Shown here piece after piece: positions 14,484 through 24,175 of a DNA stretch of 27,938 bases. The translations under genes were made by a program, and so were the position numbers. The DNA lies in IMG/VR virus record IMGVR_UViG_3300044297_000132, positions 1 through 27,938 of that record; one strand, written 5' to 3'. The stretch's first letter is position 1, and each line of letters begins with the position of its first letter. The notes beneath the pieces were generated by a model. That model saw only the letters and a program-made list of their open reading frames with translations. It ran no database searches and was not told where the DNA came from. The DNA is from a virus (taxonomy: Duplodnaviria > Caudoviricetes).

Positions 14484-15855
14484 TGCAGACCGGGATTGGG
14501 TGTTCGAGCGCTGCCGTGAGGTGCAGGCCAATCCCGATGATCACTTGGACCTTTGGGCGCGCGGTCACTACAAAAGCACGATCATCACGTTTGCGCTGAC
14601 TATTCAGGAGATCCTGAAAGACCCGGACGTCACGGTCGGCATCTTCTCGCACACGCGGCCCATCGCCAAGGCGTTCCTGCGACAGATCAAGCGGGAGTTC
14701 GAAACCAATACGCTGCTGCTCGAGCTGTTCCCGGATATCCTGTGGTCCGAGCCCAAGGCGCAGAGCCCTAAATGGTCCGAAGACGAGGGCCTCGTCGTCC
14801 AGCGCAAGAGCAACCCTAAGGAAGCGACGATAGAGGCCTGGGGATTGGTCGACGGCCAGCCGACCTCGAAACACTACAAGTTGATGGTCTACGACGACGT
14901 AGTGACCCGAGAGAGCGTCACTACGCCCGACATGATCCAGAAGGTCACGGAAGCCTGGGAGCTCTCGCGCAACCTCGTCAGTGAGCACAGCCGGACCCGC
15001 TACATTGGCACGCGCTACCATTTCAATGACAGCTACCGAACGATCATGGATCGCGGCATCGCTTCGCGCATCCATAAGGCGACGTTCGACGGCACGGTTG
15101 ACGGCGATCCCGTTTTGCTCTCCCGCGAAGCCATCGCGCAAAAGCGCCGCGATATGGGGCCCTACACCTTCGCCTGCCAAATGCTGCAAGACCCGAAAGC
15201 CGACGAGACCCAAGGATTCCGCGAGGACTGGCTAAAGCACTACAACACCGCCGACCACGCTATCATGAACAAGTGCATTGTGGTGGATGCCGCCAGCGAG
15301 AAGAAGAAGGGCTCGGACTACACCGCGATTTGGGTGATCGGTTTCGGTCCCGATCAGAACGTCTACGTGCTCGACATGGTGCGCGACCGCCTGAGCCTGA
15401 CGCAACGCGCTCAAAAGGTCTTTGAACTGCACCGGCAATGGAAGCCGATCGACGCCGTGGGTTACGAAAAATACGGCATGATGGCCGACGTCGAGCACCT
15501 CCGCGCCGAGATGGAGCGCAGAACGTACCGCTTCAACGTCACCGAGCTTGGCGGATCGCAACCCAAAAACGACCGCATCAAACGCCTGATTCCGTTGTTC
15601 GAAGCCGGTCGCGTCTGGATGCCGACGAAACTGCACAAGACGGATTATCAGGGCCGCGTTGTCGATCTCGTGACCGCGTTTCGCGAGGAAGAATACAAGC
15701 CGTTCCCCGTGGGCCTGCATGACGACATGATGGACGCTCTAGCCCGCATCCACGACCTTTACCCCGGCGGCTTCCCGTTTCCTGACGAGGACGTGGCAAG
15801 CTGGAATTTCGGCAATAGCCCCATGCAGGCTGAAAGCGGATGGTTGGGCGCATGA
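14338..15855 (+). CDS. terL: Terminase large subunit (start uncertain, overlaps terS)
   Basis: Walker A-like ARGHYKST, Walker B VYDDVV, YIGTRYH, and RNase H nuclease motifs VVDAAS...SDYTA...HDDMMDAL. Confidence 0.93.
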   Translation: MRLPTSRADYKPLLASLSKLPPKQAAPIMRGLCQTDLFFLLTRGLKRIDADRDWVFERCREVQANPDDHLDLWARGHYKSTIITFALTIQEILKDPDVTVGIFSHTRPIAKAFLRQIKREFETNTLLLELFPDILWSEPKAQSPKWSEDEGLVVQRKSNPKEATIEAWGLVDGQPTSKHYKLMVYDDVVTRESVTTPDMIQKVTEAWELSRNLVSEHSRTRYIGTRYHFNDSYRTIMDRGIASRIHKATFDGTVDGDPVLLSREAIAQKRRDMGPYTFACQMLQDPKADETQGFREDWLKHYNTADHAIMNKCIVVDAASEKKKGSDYTAIWVIGFGPDQNVYVLDMVRDRLSLTQRAQKVFELHRQWKPIDAVGYEKYGMMADVEHLRAEMERRTYRFNVTELGGSQPKNDRIKRLIPLFEAGRVWMPTKLHKTDYQGRVVDLVTAFREEEYKPFPVGLHDDMMDALARIHDLYPGGFPFPDEDVASWNFGNSPMQAESGWLGA

Positions 15856-16058
15856 GAACGACCTACACCGAGCGCGGCTACAAGTTCGAGGTCGACGGCA
15901 ACGAGGCGCATATCACGTCGTTCGCCGCAATGAAGAAGATCAGCATTCCCCTTGTCGACGGTGAACTGCCTCCGGGCGCCGTCGACATTGCCATGCGTGA
16001 GCTCCGCGCCTTCGAGGCGATGAAGAAAGCCACACGAGAGGCCACAGACATTGGCTAG
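15852..16058 (+). CDS. Hypothetical phage protein
   Basis: MRTTYTERGYKFEVDG..., overlapping the terL stop and the portal start. Confidence 0.6.
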   Translation: MRTTYTERGYKFEVDGNEAHITSFAAMKKISIPLVDGELPPGAVDIAMRELRAFEAMKKATREATDIG

Positions 16059-18177
16059 CCTCGGCTACGGGCAACCCGCCCAGTCCGAACGCAACTCCGA
16101 CGCCGAACCGAGCGCTGAGACGCGGGACGACAAGTCTCTTGTCCAGGAAGCGCGCGACCGCCTCGAGCAATCCTACCAATTCGAGCGCGAGAACCGTCGC
16201 GAAGCCGCGATGGATATGGCGTTCGTGGCCGGTTACCAGTGGCCCGAGAGCATTCGCAAGGAACGCCAGGCCGCCGGCCGTCCCATCCTCACGATCAACC
16301 GGCTGCCGCAGTTCATCCGGCAGGTGACGAACGACATTCGGCAGGCTGATCTCGCGATCAAGGTTTCGCCGGTCGACGACAACTCAGATCCCAAGCTGAC
16401 GAAGATCTACAACGGCCTGTTGCGCCAGATCCAGTATCAGTCCAGCGCAAAGCATGTTTACGGCACGGCGGCCGAGCATCAGGTCGCTTGCGGCATAGGC
16501 TGGTTCCGGGTCTGCACCGAGTACGTCGATGACGAAGCTTGGGAGCAGGAGCTACGCCTCAAGGCCGTGCGCAATCCGCTCTCGGTCTATTGCGATCCTT
16601 CCGCCGTCGAGCCCGACCGTTCCGATGCGGAATGGATGCTCGTCACCGAGATCATTCCCACAGCCTCGTTCAAGAAGCTCTATCCGAAGGTGTCGCTTGA
16701 CGGTGTCGATCCGCCGACCGATGGCACGGGCGACCGTCTGACGTGGCTCACCCGCGACGGCGTGCGCATCGCCGAGTATTGGGTCCGCCGCAAGGTCAAG
16801 AAGCTGCTCGGCCTCACCGATACCGGCGAGACGATCGACATGAGCAAGCTTGACCCGGCCGTCGCCGAGCAAGCGCAGGCCATGGGGCTGATCACAAAGA
16901 CCCGCATGGCCGACACCTACGAGGTCGAGCAATACCTGATCTCGGGCTCTGCCGTGCTGGCCGGGCCGTTCAAGTGGGCCGGCAAGTATATCCCGCTGAT
17001 CCCGGTTCTCGGTTCGGAAGTCCCGCTCGAGACCGCGATCATGCGGCACGGTCTCATTCGCTTCGCCCGCGATCCGCAGCAGCTCTACAACTACAACCGC
17101 ACGGCAGCCGCCGAAACGCTGGCGCTGCAGCCGAAATCCCCTTGGCTCGTCACCTTCAAGATGATTGCGAAGGTCAAGGGCATCTGGGACAACGCCAACA
17201 AGACGAACACGCCATACCTGCCCTATGAGCCAGACGACAAGGCGCCGGGACTGGGTCCGCGCCGCGAGCATCCGCCCGAGATGCCGGTCGCCTTCGCCAA
17301 CGAGGCGCAGATTGCCGACCAGGACATGAAGGCGACGACGGGCATCTATGATGCTTCGCTCGGGGCAAAAAGCAACGAGACCTCGGGCATCGCCATCCGC
17401 AACCGCGAGCGCCAAGGCGACACCGCGAATTATCACTACGCCGACAACCTGCAGCGCTCGATGTGGCATTGCGGGCGTATCCTGATCGACCTTATCCCGA
17501 AGATCTACGACACCGAGCGCACGATCCGCGTTCTCGGCGAGGACGACAGCGAAGACCTCGTGAAGATCAACGCGCAGGGCTACAATCAATTCGGCATGCC
17601 CTCGGTGATGAACGATCTGTCGGCGGCCCGCTTCGATTGCCGCGTCACCATCGGCCCGAGCTATGCGACGAAGCGCATGGAAGCCGCCGACACGCTGATG
17701 GAGTACCTCAAGACCGATCCACAGGCGGTGCCGCTGGTGCGCGATCTGGTGGCGAAAAACTTCGATTGGCCGGGCTCGGAAGAGATGGCCAAGCGGTTCC
17801 GCAACACCATCGACCCAAATATTCTGGTCGATCCTGACGACCCGAACACGCGTCCGCCGCCGCCGCCCGATCCGCTCGCCGATCCGGTCATTCGCTCAGA
17901 AGTGGTGCTCCGCAATGCGCAGGCGGAGAAGGCCTATGCCGACGCTGCCCAGGCGCGTGCCGAGCTTGCCGGCTGGATGCCGCCGCAGCCGTTGCCGCCG
18001 CCTGAGGCTGTGCTGATGCCACAACAGCCGCCGATGCCGCCGCAAGGCATGCCCGAGCCCGATCAGGACCAGATCGGCGGCCCGAGCGACTTCGACGCCG
18101 ACAACATGATGCAAGGCGGAGGCGGAATGCCGATGCCTGGTGCTGCGTCCCCCGGCCTAGTGCCGCCACTCCCGTAA
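16051..18177 (+). CDS. Portal protein, P22 gp1-like
   Basis: 708 aa with F..GYQW, RPILTINRL, CGIGW.RV, YIPLIPV.G, G.IR.ARDPQ..YN and NETSGIAI motifs, plus a Pro-rich tail. Confidence 0.93.
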   Translation: MASLGYGQPAQSERNSDAEPSAETRDDKSLVQEARDRLEQSYQFERENRREAAMDMAFVAGYQWPESIRKERQAAGRPILTINRLPQFIRQVTNDIRQADLAIKVSPVDDNSDPKLTKIYNGLLRQIQYQSSAKHVYGTAAEHQVACGIGWFRVCTEYVDDEAWEQELRLKAVRNPLSVYCDPSAVEPDRSDAEWMLVTEIIPTASFKKLYPKVSLDGVDPPTDGTGDRLTWLTRDGVRIAEYWVRRKVKKLLGLTDTGETIDMSKLDPAVAEQAQAMGLITKTRMADTYEVEQYLISGSAVLAGPFKWAGKYIPLIPVLGSEVPLETAIMRHGLIRFARDPQQLYNYNRTAAAETLALQPKSPWLVTFKMIAKVKGIWDNANKTNTPYLPYEPDDKAPGLGPRREHPPEMPVAFANEAQIADQDMKATTGIYDASLGAKSNETSGIAIRNRERQGDTANYHYADNLQRSMWHCGRILIDLIPKIYDTERTIRVLGEDDSEDLVKINAQGYNQFGMPSVMNDLSAARFDCRVTIGPSYATKRMEAADTLMEYLKTDPQAVPLVRDLVAKNFDWPGSEEMAKRFRNTIDPNILVDPDDPNTRPPPPPDPLADPVIRSEVVLRNAQAEKAYADAAQARAELAGWMPPQPLPPPEAVLMPQQPPMPPQGMPEPDQDQIGGPSDFDADNMMQGGGGMPMPGAASPGLVPPLP

Positions 18178-18189
18178 GGGTTCTTTCCC

Positions 18190-19047
18190 ATGACTGACAC
18201 GACCACCCCGGCTCCGGCCGCAAGTCCTGTTGCGTTGGATTCCGTTTCCGTTCCTGTCCCTTCGGCCGCAGTGCCGCCCACGACCAATTCCCCAGCCCAG
18301 CCCGAGGCTGCACCCGAGCCGGCGAGAACCGCCGAGCCGGACAATCAGGCAGGTGAAGGTAAAGACGAGCAACCGCGCGGCGAGGACGGCAAGTTCAAGC
18401 CGAAACAGACCGCGGAGGAGCGCAAGGCTCGTATCCGCGAGGATATCGGACGCCTGACGGCCGAGAAGCGCACGAGGGAACGCGAGATTGAAGCTCTCCG
18501 GAGCGAAGCGTCTCGCATCCACAAGCAGCTTCAGGAGCAACCGGACCCGAACGACCCCTACGACGCGCGCCACGCCACCCGGCAGGCCGTGCGTGAGGAT
18601 CGGCTGGAGCAGACCGTCGAAGCCGCCAAAAGCGCGGCCGCGGCAGTCGACACGGCTCGGGTTCATATGTTCCAGGCCAAGATCGAGGACGCACGCGAGC
18701 GCATCGAAGGCCTTGACGAAGGGTTGCAGGCATTCGCCCGCTTGCCCGTCGTATCGGCCGAGATGGCGGACCTGATCGCCGAAAGCGACAAGGCCCCGGA
18801 GCTGGCGAACTACCTCGGCCGCAATCCGCAAGAGTTCTATCGCATCGCTCGTCTACAGCCACACCTGCAGGGCGCTGAAATCGCTCGCCTCGAGATGCGG
18901 GTCTCGACCCCGCCGCAGGCGCGCAAAACCTCCAACGCACCGCCACCGCCTCCGATGATCAACGGCTCGTCAGCACCCGCCGCGCCAACCCTGGCCGAGA
19001 TGGGCGTCTCCGACTTGCAGAAGATCATCTACAGCGCGCGGGTCTGA
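18190..19047 (+). CDS. Scaffolding protein
   Basis: Between portal and coat. Pro/Ala-rich N-terminus, coiled coil, PELANYLGRNP motif. Confidence 0.8.
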   Translation: MTDTTTPAPAASPVALDSVSVPVPSAAVPPTTNSPAQPEAAPEPARTAEPDNQAGEGKDEQPRGEDGKFKPKQTAEERKARIREDIGRLTAEKRTREREIEALRSEASRIHKQLQEQPDPNDPYDARHATRQAVREDRLEQTVEAAKSAAAAVDTARVHMFQAKIEDARERIEGLDEGLQAFARLPVVSAEMADLIAESDKAPELANYLGRNPQEFYRIARLQPHLQGAEIARLEMRVSTPPQARKTSNAPPPPPMINGSSAPAAPTLAEMGVSDLQKIIYSARV

Positions 19048-19067
19048 TCCGACAGGACCACTAACCA

Positions 19068-20327
19068 ATGAGCAATACGACCTTAACCGCTGCCGTCGTT
19101 GCCAAGGCGGCTCTCGCCATCTTGGACAACGAGCTTGGCGTCATCAAGACGTTCCACCGTGCATACGAGGAAGAGTATTCGCAGCAGGTCAACGGCTACA
19201 AGATCGGCGACACGCTGTCGATTCGTAGGCCTGCCGACTTCACCGTGCGTTCGGGAGCGACGCTCTCCACTCAGGACGTGATCGAGGGCAAGGTCGACCT
19301 GACCATCGACCAACAGGTCGGTATCGACTTCCAGTTCACGAGCACGGACCTCACCTTGAAGGTGACGGACCTCGCCGAGCGCGTGATGAAGCCGGCCATG
19401 TCGAACCTGATCAACTACATGGCCAACGACGTGCTGTCGACCATGTACAAGCGGCTCTATCACTGGGTCGGCACGCCCGGTCAGGTGATCAACTCGTTCT
19501 CGGACTTCGCTCTCGGCCCGCAGCGTCTCGACACCATGGCAGTGCCCATGGACGATCGCAACGCGGTGCTCTCGCCCGGCGACTACTGGGGCATGCTGGG
19601 CAGCCAGACCGCCCTGTACATCCAGAACGCGGCCGGCAGCGCCTACCGCGACGGCTCTCTCGGCAAGATCGGCGGCGTTGACACGCGTATGAACCAGATG
19701 GTTCCGACGCACACGGTCGGACCGCTCGGCGGAACGCCGCTCGTCAACGGCGCTTCGCAGAACGTGACCTACGACACGGCCAAGAACACGTGGACGCAAT
19801 CGCTGATCACGGACGGCTGGACCGCCGCCGCCGCTTCGCGCGTCAAGGAAGGCGACGTGTTCAAGATCTATGCCTCGGGCACCTCGGGCGCCTACGTGAA
19901 GTGGGTCAACCCGAAAACCAAGGCTGTCACGGATCAGGACGCGACGTTCGTCGTCACGGCAGACGGCTCGTCTGACGGCTCGGGCAACCTGACGCTCACC
20001 ATCAGCCCGCCGATTATCACGTCGGGTGTCTATCAGACCGTCAACGTTGCACCGGCCGACAACGCCGGCCTGACGTTCATCGGCTCGGCCTCGACCGGCT
20101 ACGCCCAGAACATGATGTACCACAAGAACACCATGGCTCTGGCTGTCGTTCCGATGGAGATGCCGGCGGCTGCCTACGGCGGACACCGCGAAAGCTACAA
20201 GGGTCTGTCGGTTCGTGTGATCCCGATCTACGACGGCACGAACGACATCAGCAAATGGCGTCTCGACCTGCTCTACGGTCGAAAGGTCATCGATCCTCGC
20301 CTCGGCGTTCGTGTCAGCGGATCGTAA
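19068..20327 (+). CDS. Major capsid protein, P22 coat protein (gp5) family
   Basis: MSNTTLT, KIGDTLSIRRP, FTSTDLTL...MKPAM..L and RLDLLYG motifs; 419 aa. Confidence 0.95.
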   Translation: MSNTTLTAAVVAKAALAILDNELGVIKTFHRAYEEEYSQQVNGYKIGDTLSIRRPADFTVRSGATLSTQDVIEGKVDLTIDQQVGIDFQFTSTDLTLKVTDLAERVMKPAMSNLINYMANDVLSTMYKRLYHWVGTPGQVINSFSDFALGPQRLDTMAVPMDDRNAVLSPGDYWGMLGSQTALYIQNAAGSAYRDGSLGKIGGVDTRMNQMVPTHTVGPLGGTPLVNGASQNVTYDTAKNTWTQSLITDGWTAAAASRVKEGDVFKIYASGTSGAYVKWVNPKTKAVTDQDATFVVTADGSSDGSGNLTLTISPPIITSGVYQTVNVAPADNAGLTFIGSASTGYAQNMMYHKNTMALAVVPMEMPAAAYGGHRESYKGLSVRVIPIYDGTNDISKWRLDLLYGRKVIDPRLGVRVSGS

Positions 20328-20330
20328 CCG

Positions 20331-20912
20331 ATGACGACAGCGCGCGAGATCATCACCCGGACGTTCAACCTGCTCCAATACTACGGAGAAGGCGAGAGCC
20401 CGTCGGCGCAGGCCATGGCGGATGGTCTCGCCGCGCTGAACTCCATGATTGCGAGCTGGCACAACGACGGCTTGCTCGTGCTCTATCCTCCGGGGACGAC
20501 GTGGCTCGGGGATTGGAAGAAGAATTACGCCTACAACGTCAACGACGGCGTTTGCGTGGGGGGCAACACCTACTCATGCAGCGCCGTCAACACGTCCACG
20601 GCCAACGACGAGCCGGGACGCTCGCCAAATTGGTCGACGTACTGGACGCTCTACGCTGAAACGCCGATGACGCTCGCATCAACGTTCCCGCTGGGGCCAG
20701 CGCACGAGCGCGGCGTGCAAGCGCTGCTGTGCATGGATCTCGCACCCATGTTCAACGTGCCGATTTCGCCCCGCGTCGAGCAGATGGCGCGCGATGGCAT
20801 GGCCGGCATCTATGGCCAGTATTTCAAGGTTCCCGAGGCGTCGGCCGATCCCGGCATCACGCGCATGCCGTCGCAGATCTGGCCTTACTCCGTCGCATCG
20901 GTCTCCGGTTGA
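20331..20912 (+). CDS. Head-tail adaptor, P22 gp4-like, with inserted CBM5/12-like module
   Basis: MTTAREIITR.F..L.....GESPSA....DGL.ALNSMIASW and L..DLAPMF are gp4-like. Internal WKKNYAYNVNDGV..GGNTYSC...PG....YW is CBM-like. Confidence 0.75.
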   Translation: MTTAREIITRTFNLLQYYGEGESPSAQAMADGLAALNSMIASWHNDGLLVLYPPGTTWLGDWKKNYAYNVNDGVCVGGNTYSCSAVNTSTANDEPGRSPNWSTYWTLYAETPMTLASTFPLGPAHERGVQALLCMDLAPMFNVPISPRVEQMARDGMAGIYGQYFKVPEASADPGITRMPSQIWPYSVASVSG

Positions 20913-22324
20913 TGACCACGATTCCGCTTGTCTTCCCCAGCCAATCGAACCCTGGCCGGTTCTCGGCGAACGGCTCGGCGCGTCTGGTGAATTGCTTCCG
21001 CGAGCAGCAGGGGCCAGAGGGAACGGTGGATACGCCGATCTATGCGTGTTCGGGGCTGTCGCTGTGGTCGACGCTGACGGGCGGGAGCGGCATTCGAGCG
21101 GCTCTGGCGGTCGACCACTACCTGTATGTCGTGGCTGGCAGACTGCTGTTCCGGGTGGACAGCGCGGGCGCAGCAACGCAGATCGGCGCCATCCCGACAG
21201 ACGGTGCCGTTTACATGGCTCGCAATCGCGCGGTGCCCACACAGATCGGCATCTGCTCGGCGGGGCAGTTCTGGGTGCTGGTCGGAACCACACTGACGCT
21301 GAATGCCGACTTGGACCTGCCGGCGGCATCATCCTTTGCGGTGCTCGACGGCTACGGCATTTTTCCAGGCTTCGGCAATCAGTGGTTCATCTCCGACGTC
21401 GACGACTTCACGGCGATCGATCCGCTCGATTTTGCCAGCGCTGAGAGCTCGCCGGATGCAATCGTGCGCGTTGCCGTGCGCGAGAGCGAATTGGTCATGT
21501 TCGGCACCGACAGTGTCGAATGGTGGCGCAACACGGGTGAAACGTTCCCATTCGGTCGGGTGATAGCCAAGCGGTTTGGGTGTCTGTCGGCTGCATCGGT
21601 CACCGAGGCAGGCGAAACGCTGGCTTGGATTGCGACGGACCCAAAGAGCAACATATTTGTCGCGCTGATGGAGGGCTACAGCGCCGCGCCTATCTCCACG
21701 CATGCCGTCGAGCGCGCGATCCGTGACGACGCCAACCGCTCAAGCATCACTGCGACAAGCTGGGGCGAAGACGGGCACACGTTCATTGCCTTCACCGGCA
21801 CGGACTGGACGTGGGTCTACGACATGAAAACCAAGATGTGGCATGAGCGCGAATCCTATGGCGCCAACCGATGGCGCTGCAATGCCGTGGTGTCGTTCGC
21901 AGGTAAGCTGATCGCCTGCGATGCCACCGAGGGCAAGCTGTACGAGATGCACCGGGACTATGAAGACGAAGCGGGCGACCCGCTGATCCTCGACATCATC
22001 ACGCCGACGCATCACGTGTTCCCGGATCGGATCAGGGTCAACAACCTCCGCGTCCGCGCGGTGATGGGGCAGGGCGCCGTCCCCGGCGACGACAGCACCG
22101 AAGATCCGCAGATGATGATCCGTGCCAGCCGAGACGGCGGCGCGACGTGGGGCTCGGAGCGCTCGGTGTCGATGGGCACCGCGGGCGAGCGGGTGAAACG
22201 CATCGTGGCCCGCCGCTGGGGGCACTACTCGGACCAGGGCGTGACCTACCGCCTGACGACATCCGCCGCCGTTGCGCGCGGGTTCCTCGACGCTGCTCTC
22301 GATGCTGAAAGGCTGCCGGGCTGA
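20912..22324 (+). CDS. Packaged-DNA stabilisation/tail nozzle protein, P22 gp10-like
   Basis: LDFASAESSPD, FGTDSVEWW, ISTHAVE, TWVYD....WHER and SRDGGATW motifs. True start at the TGATG overlap at 20912. Confidence 0.88.
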   Translation: MTTIPLVFPSQSNPGRFSANGSARLVNCFREQQGPEGTVDTPIYACSGLSLWSTLTGGSGIRAALAVDHYLYVVAGRLLFRVDSAGAATQIGAIPTDGAVYMARNRAVPTQIGICSAGQFWVLVGTTLTLNADLDLPAASSFAVLDGYGIFPGFGNQWFISDVDDFTAIDPLDFASAESSPDAIVRVAVRESELVMFGTDSVEWWRNTGETFPFGRVIAKRFGCLSAASVTEAGETLAWIATDPKSNIFVALMEGYSAAPISTHAVERAIRDDANRSSITATSWGEDGHTFIAFTGTDWTWVYDMKTKMWHERESYGANRWRCNAVVSFAGKLIACDATEGKLYEMHRDYEDEAGDPLILDIITPTHHVFPDRIRVNNLRVRAVMGQGAVPGDDSTEDPQMMIRASRDGGATWGSERSVSMGTAGERVKRIVARRWGHYSDQGVTYRLTTSAAVARGFLDAALDAERLPG

Positions 22325-23364
22325 TGGCTGATAATCTGCTCATGCCGGAAGGTATTGGGTATCGGCCGGATCAGGTGCCGTCGAAGGACCGCGTTCTCGA
22401 CCGTGCGACATGGCTGCCGCTTGGCACGTATGAGGACGGTACGACGCGGGCGGCATGGCCGGGGTTTATCGATGGTCCTGCAGCGGCGGCAAATCGACTG
22501 ATGCAGGCTGTTGCAGCGCAAGACTGGCGCGCGGCGGGGCACGCTGGCGGCGACTTCGGAACGAACCTACTCATGGGCGGAATGGCTATGCAGAAACCCG
22601 CCAACGCCGTCGGCATATTTGGCGGCAGGCTGGCTAAGACCGCCGATCACGCTGCTCTCGCGAAAGCCGAAGAGATGGCGGCCCAAGGCGTGCCACGTGA
22701 ACAGATCCACGCTGACACGGGCTGGTTCCGCGGCGTTGACGGTAAATGGCGGTTCGAGATCGATGATAGCAACGCCCAGCTCTTGGCGTCGTCTTCTGAA
22801 ATGAAGGAAGGCACTTCTCGTCCACTCGGTAGCGTCTATAGGCATCCAGATTTGTTCAGTGCTTATCCAGACATGGCGGAAACACCATTCGCCGTGACGC
22901 AAGCGTACCGCCCCGGCGAAGGCGCTATAGCAAAGCTGCCAGATGGTCGACATGCTGTTGTTGCCGGGTACGAGCCGGGTCGTGTTACTAAATCTGACTT
23001 AGGCATCGTGGATGTGTTGCCGCACGAAAACCAACATTTAATTCAGTCGGCTGAGGGATTTTCGCCCGGAGGGTCGTATAATCTTTTGCAGCATGAGCGG
23101 GAAGCTCTGATCCGCGAAAAGATGGACTGGATGAGACCAGTTGACGATGCAAATGGCGTTCCTTGGCGTGATACGTGGGATAAAGCTGCTGCGGCTGTCG
23201 ATAGCCCATCAGGACGCATGGACGCATACACGCGCAAGGCAGGCGAGGTCGAAGCCCGCACCGTCCAAAAGCGCATGGACATGACCCCCGACCAGCGCCG
23301 CGCCCGTCCGCCGTGGCTGGACTACGACGTCCCTGAAAACCAACAAATTGTCAGGTTCCGCTGA
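22324..23364 (+). CDS. LPD23-domain protein with zincin-like HExxH metallopeptidase motif
   Basis: TGWFRGVDGKWRFEIDDS, HPDLFSAYP, LPHENQHLIQSAEGF and Y...AGEVEARTVQKR. Confidence 0.8.
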   Translation: MADNLLMPEGIGYRPDQVPSKDRVLDRATWLPLGTYEDGTTRAAWPGFIDGPAAAANRLMQAVAAQDWRAAGHAGGDFGTNLLMGGMAMQKPANAVGIFGGRLAKTADHAALAKAEEMAAQGVPREQIHADTGWFRGVDGKWRFEIDDSNAQLLASSSEMKEGTSRPLGSVYRHPDLFSAYPDMAETPFAVTQAYRPGEGAIAKLPDGRHAVVAGYEPGRVTKSDLGIVDVLPHENQHLIQSAEGFSPGGSYNLLQHEREALIREKMDWMRPVDDANGVPWRDTWDKAAAAVDSPSGRMDAYTRKAGEVEARTVQKRMDMTPDQRRARPPWLDYDVPENQQIVRFR

Positions 23365-23489
23365 TGGCGACCAAGGTCAAGCTTCCGTCTGCCTCAGAGC
23401 CTGTCGTTCTGAAAGACGGTTCGATCAACCCGGTTTGGTATCGGTATCTGGAAGAACTGACGCGTCGTTTGAACGCGCTGATCACGTGA
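23364..23489 (+). CDS. Small virion protein (41 aa), probable tail plug/needle remnant
   Basis: Manual translation MATKVKLPSASEPVVLKDGSINPVWYRYLEELTRRLNALIT. TGATG overlap, at the gp26 position after gp10. Confidence 0.6.
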   Translation: MATKVKLPSASEPVVLKDGSINPVWYRYLEELTRRLNALIT

Positions 23490-23496
23490 GGGGCTG

Positions 23497-24174
23497 ATGT
23501 CTTTCTTCGCAGATCTGTTCGGCGGTAAATCCGGCGTCAACGCCGCCAATCAGGCGGCTGCGGCGCAGCAGGCGGCCAATACGCAGGCGCGCGGTGATAT
23601 AACCACGGGCTACGGCGCTGCTCAGGGGCGGTTTACGCCGTATGCGCAGCAGGGCCAGCAAGCCAACTCGCTCTATAACGACGCCATCGGCGTCAACGGC
23701 GCTGGCGGGTATCAGAAGGCGTTCAGCAACTTCAACGCTGACCCATTTCGACAGGGTGAGCAGGACTACACCAATCTACTCACGCGCAACATGTTCCGGC
23801 GCTACAACGGCCAGGGGATGGGCAACAGCGGCGCATCGGGGGCAGCTGTCGCCCGCGTCGGCGCCGAGCGCTACGGCCAGCAGGTGGCGGATTATCGCAA
23901 CCGTCTCCAAGGCGCCGGCCAGATGGGCTTTCAAGCCGCCAACGCGCAGGCAGGCCTCGACACGGGCCAGGCGCAGGCGCTCAGCGGCAACAGCACCAAC
24001 GCCGGAAACATCGAGGCCCAAAGGCTGGGAAACATTTATCAGGCCAAAACCCAAGGAATGAACAACCTCATGAGCGCGGTCGGCGGTGGAGCAAACCTGC
24101 TCATGGCTGGCTTTGCTCCCGGCGCTGGTGGTGGCTACGCGTTCGGCAACATGGCCAGAACACTGAGGGCCTGA
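23497..24174 (+). CDS. DNA ejection/pilot protein, P22 gp7-like
   Basis: Gly/Ala/Gln/Asn-rich, MSFFADLFGG..AA.QAAAAQ and PYAQQG motifs; position. Confidence 0.75.
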   Translation: MSFFADLFGGKSGVNAANQAAAAQQAANTQARGDITTGYGAAQGRFTPYAQQGQQANSLYNDAIGVNGAGGYQKAFSNFNADPFRQGEQDYTNLLTRNMFRRYNGQGMGNSGASGAAVARVGAERYGQQVADYRNRLQGAGQMGFQAANAQAGLDTGQAQALSGNSTNAGNIEAQRLGNIYQAKTQGMNNLMSAVGGGANLLMAGFAPGAGGGYAFGNMARTLRA

Positions 24175-24175
24175 C

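Noticed and set aside
17845-18177. Pro/Gln/Met-rich repeats (CCGCCG runs) at the portal end
   Set aside because: Low-complexity protein tail common in these portals, not a DNA repeat element.
19083-20462. 459-aa antisense ORF opposite the coat gene (also 16552-17589, 12972-13853, 14377-15213)
   Set aside because: Shadow frames produced by high-GC codon bias of the real sense genes; no motifs or SD.
20729-20911. N-terminal extension of the gp10-like ORF (similarly 7211-7279 of gcrA)
   Set aside because: For gp10, the extension overlaps the upstream gene and the TGATG-coupled ATG at 20912 is more plausible. For gcrA, similarity to the family begins at the ATG at 7280.
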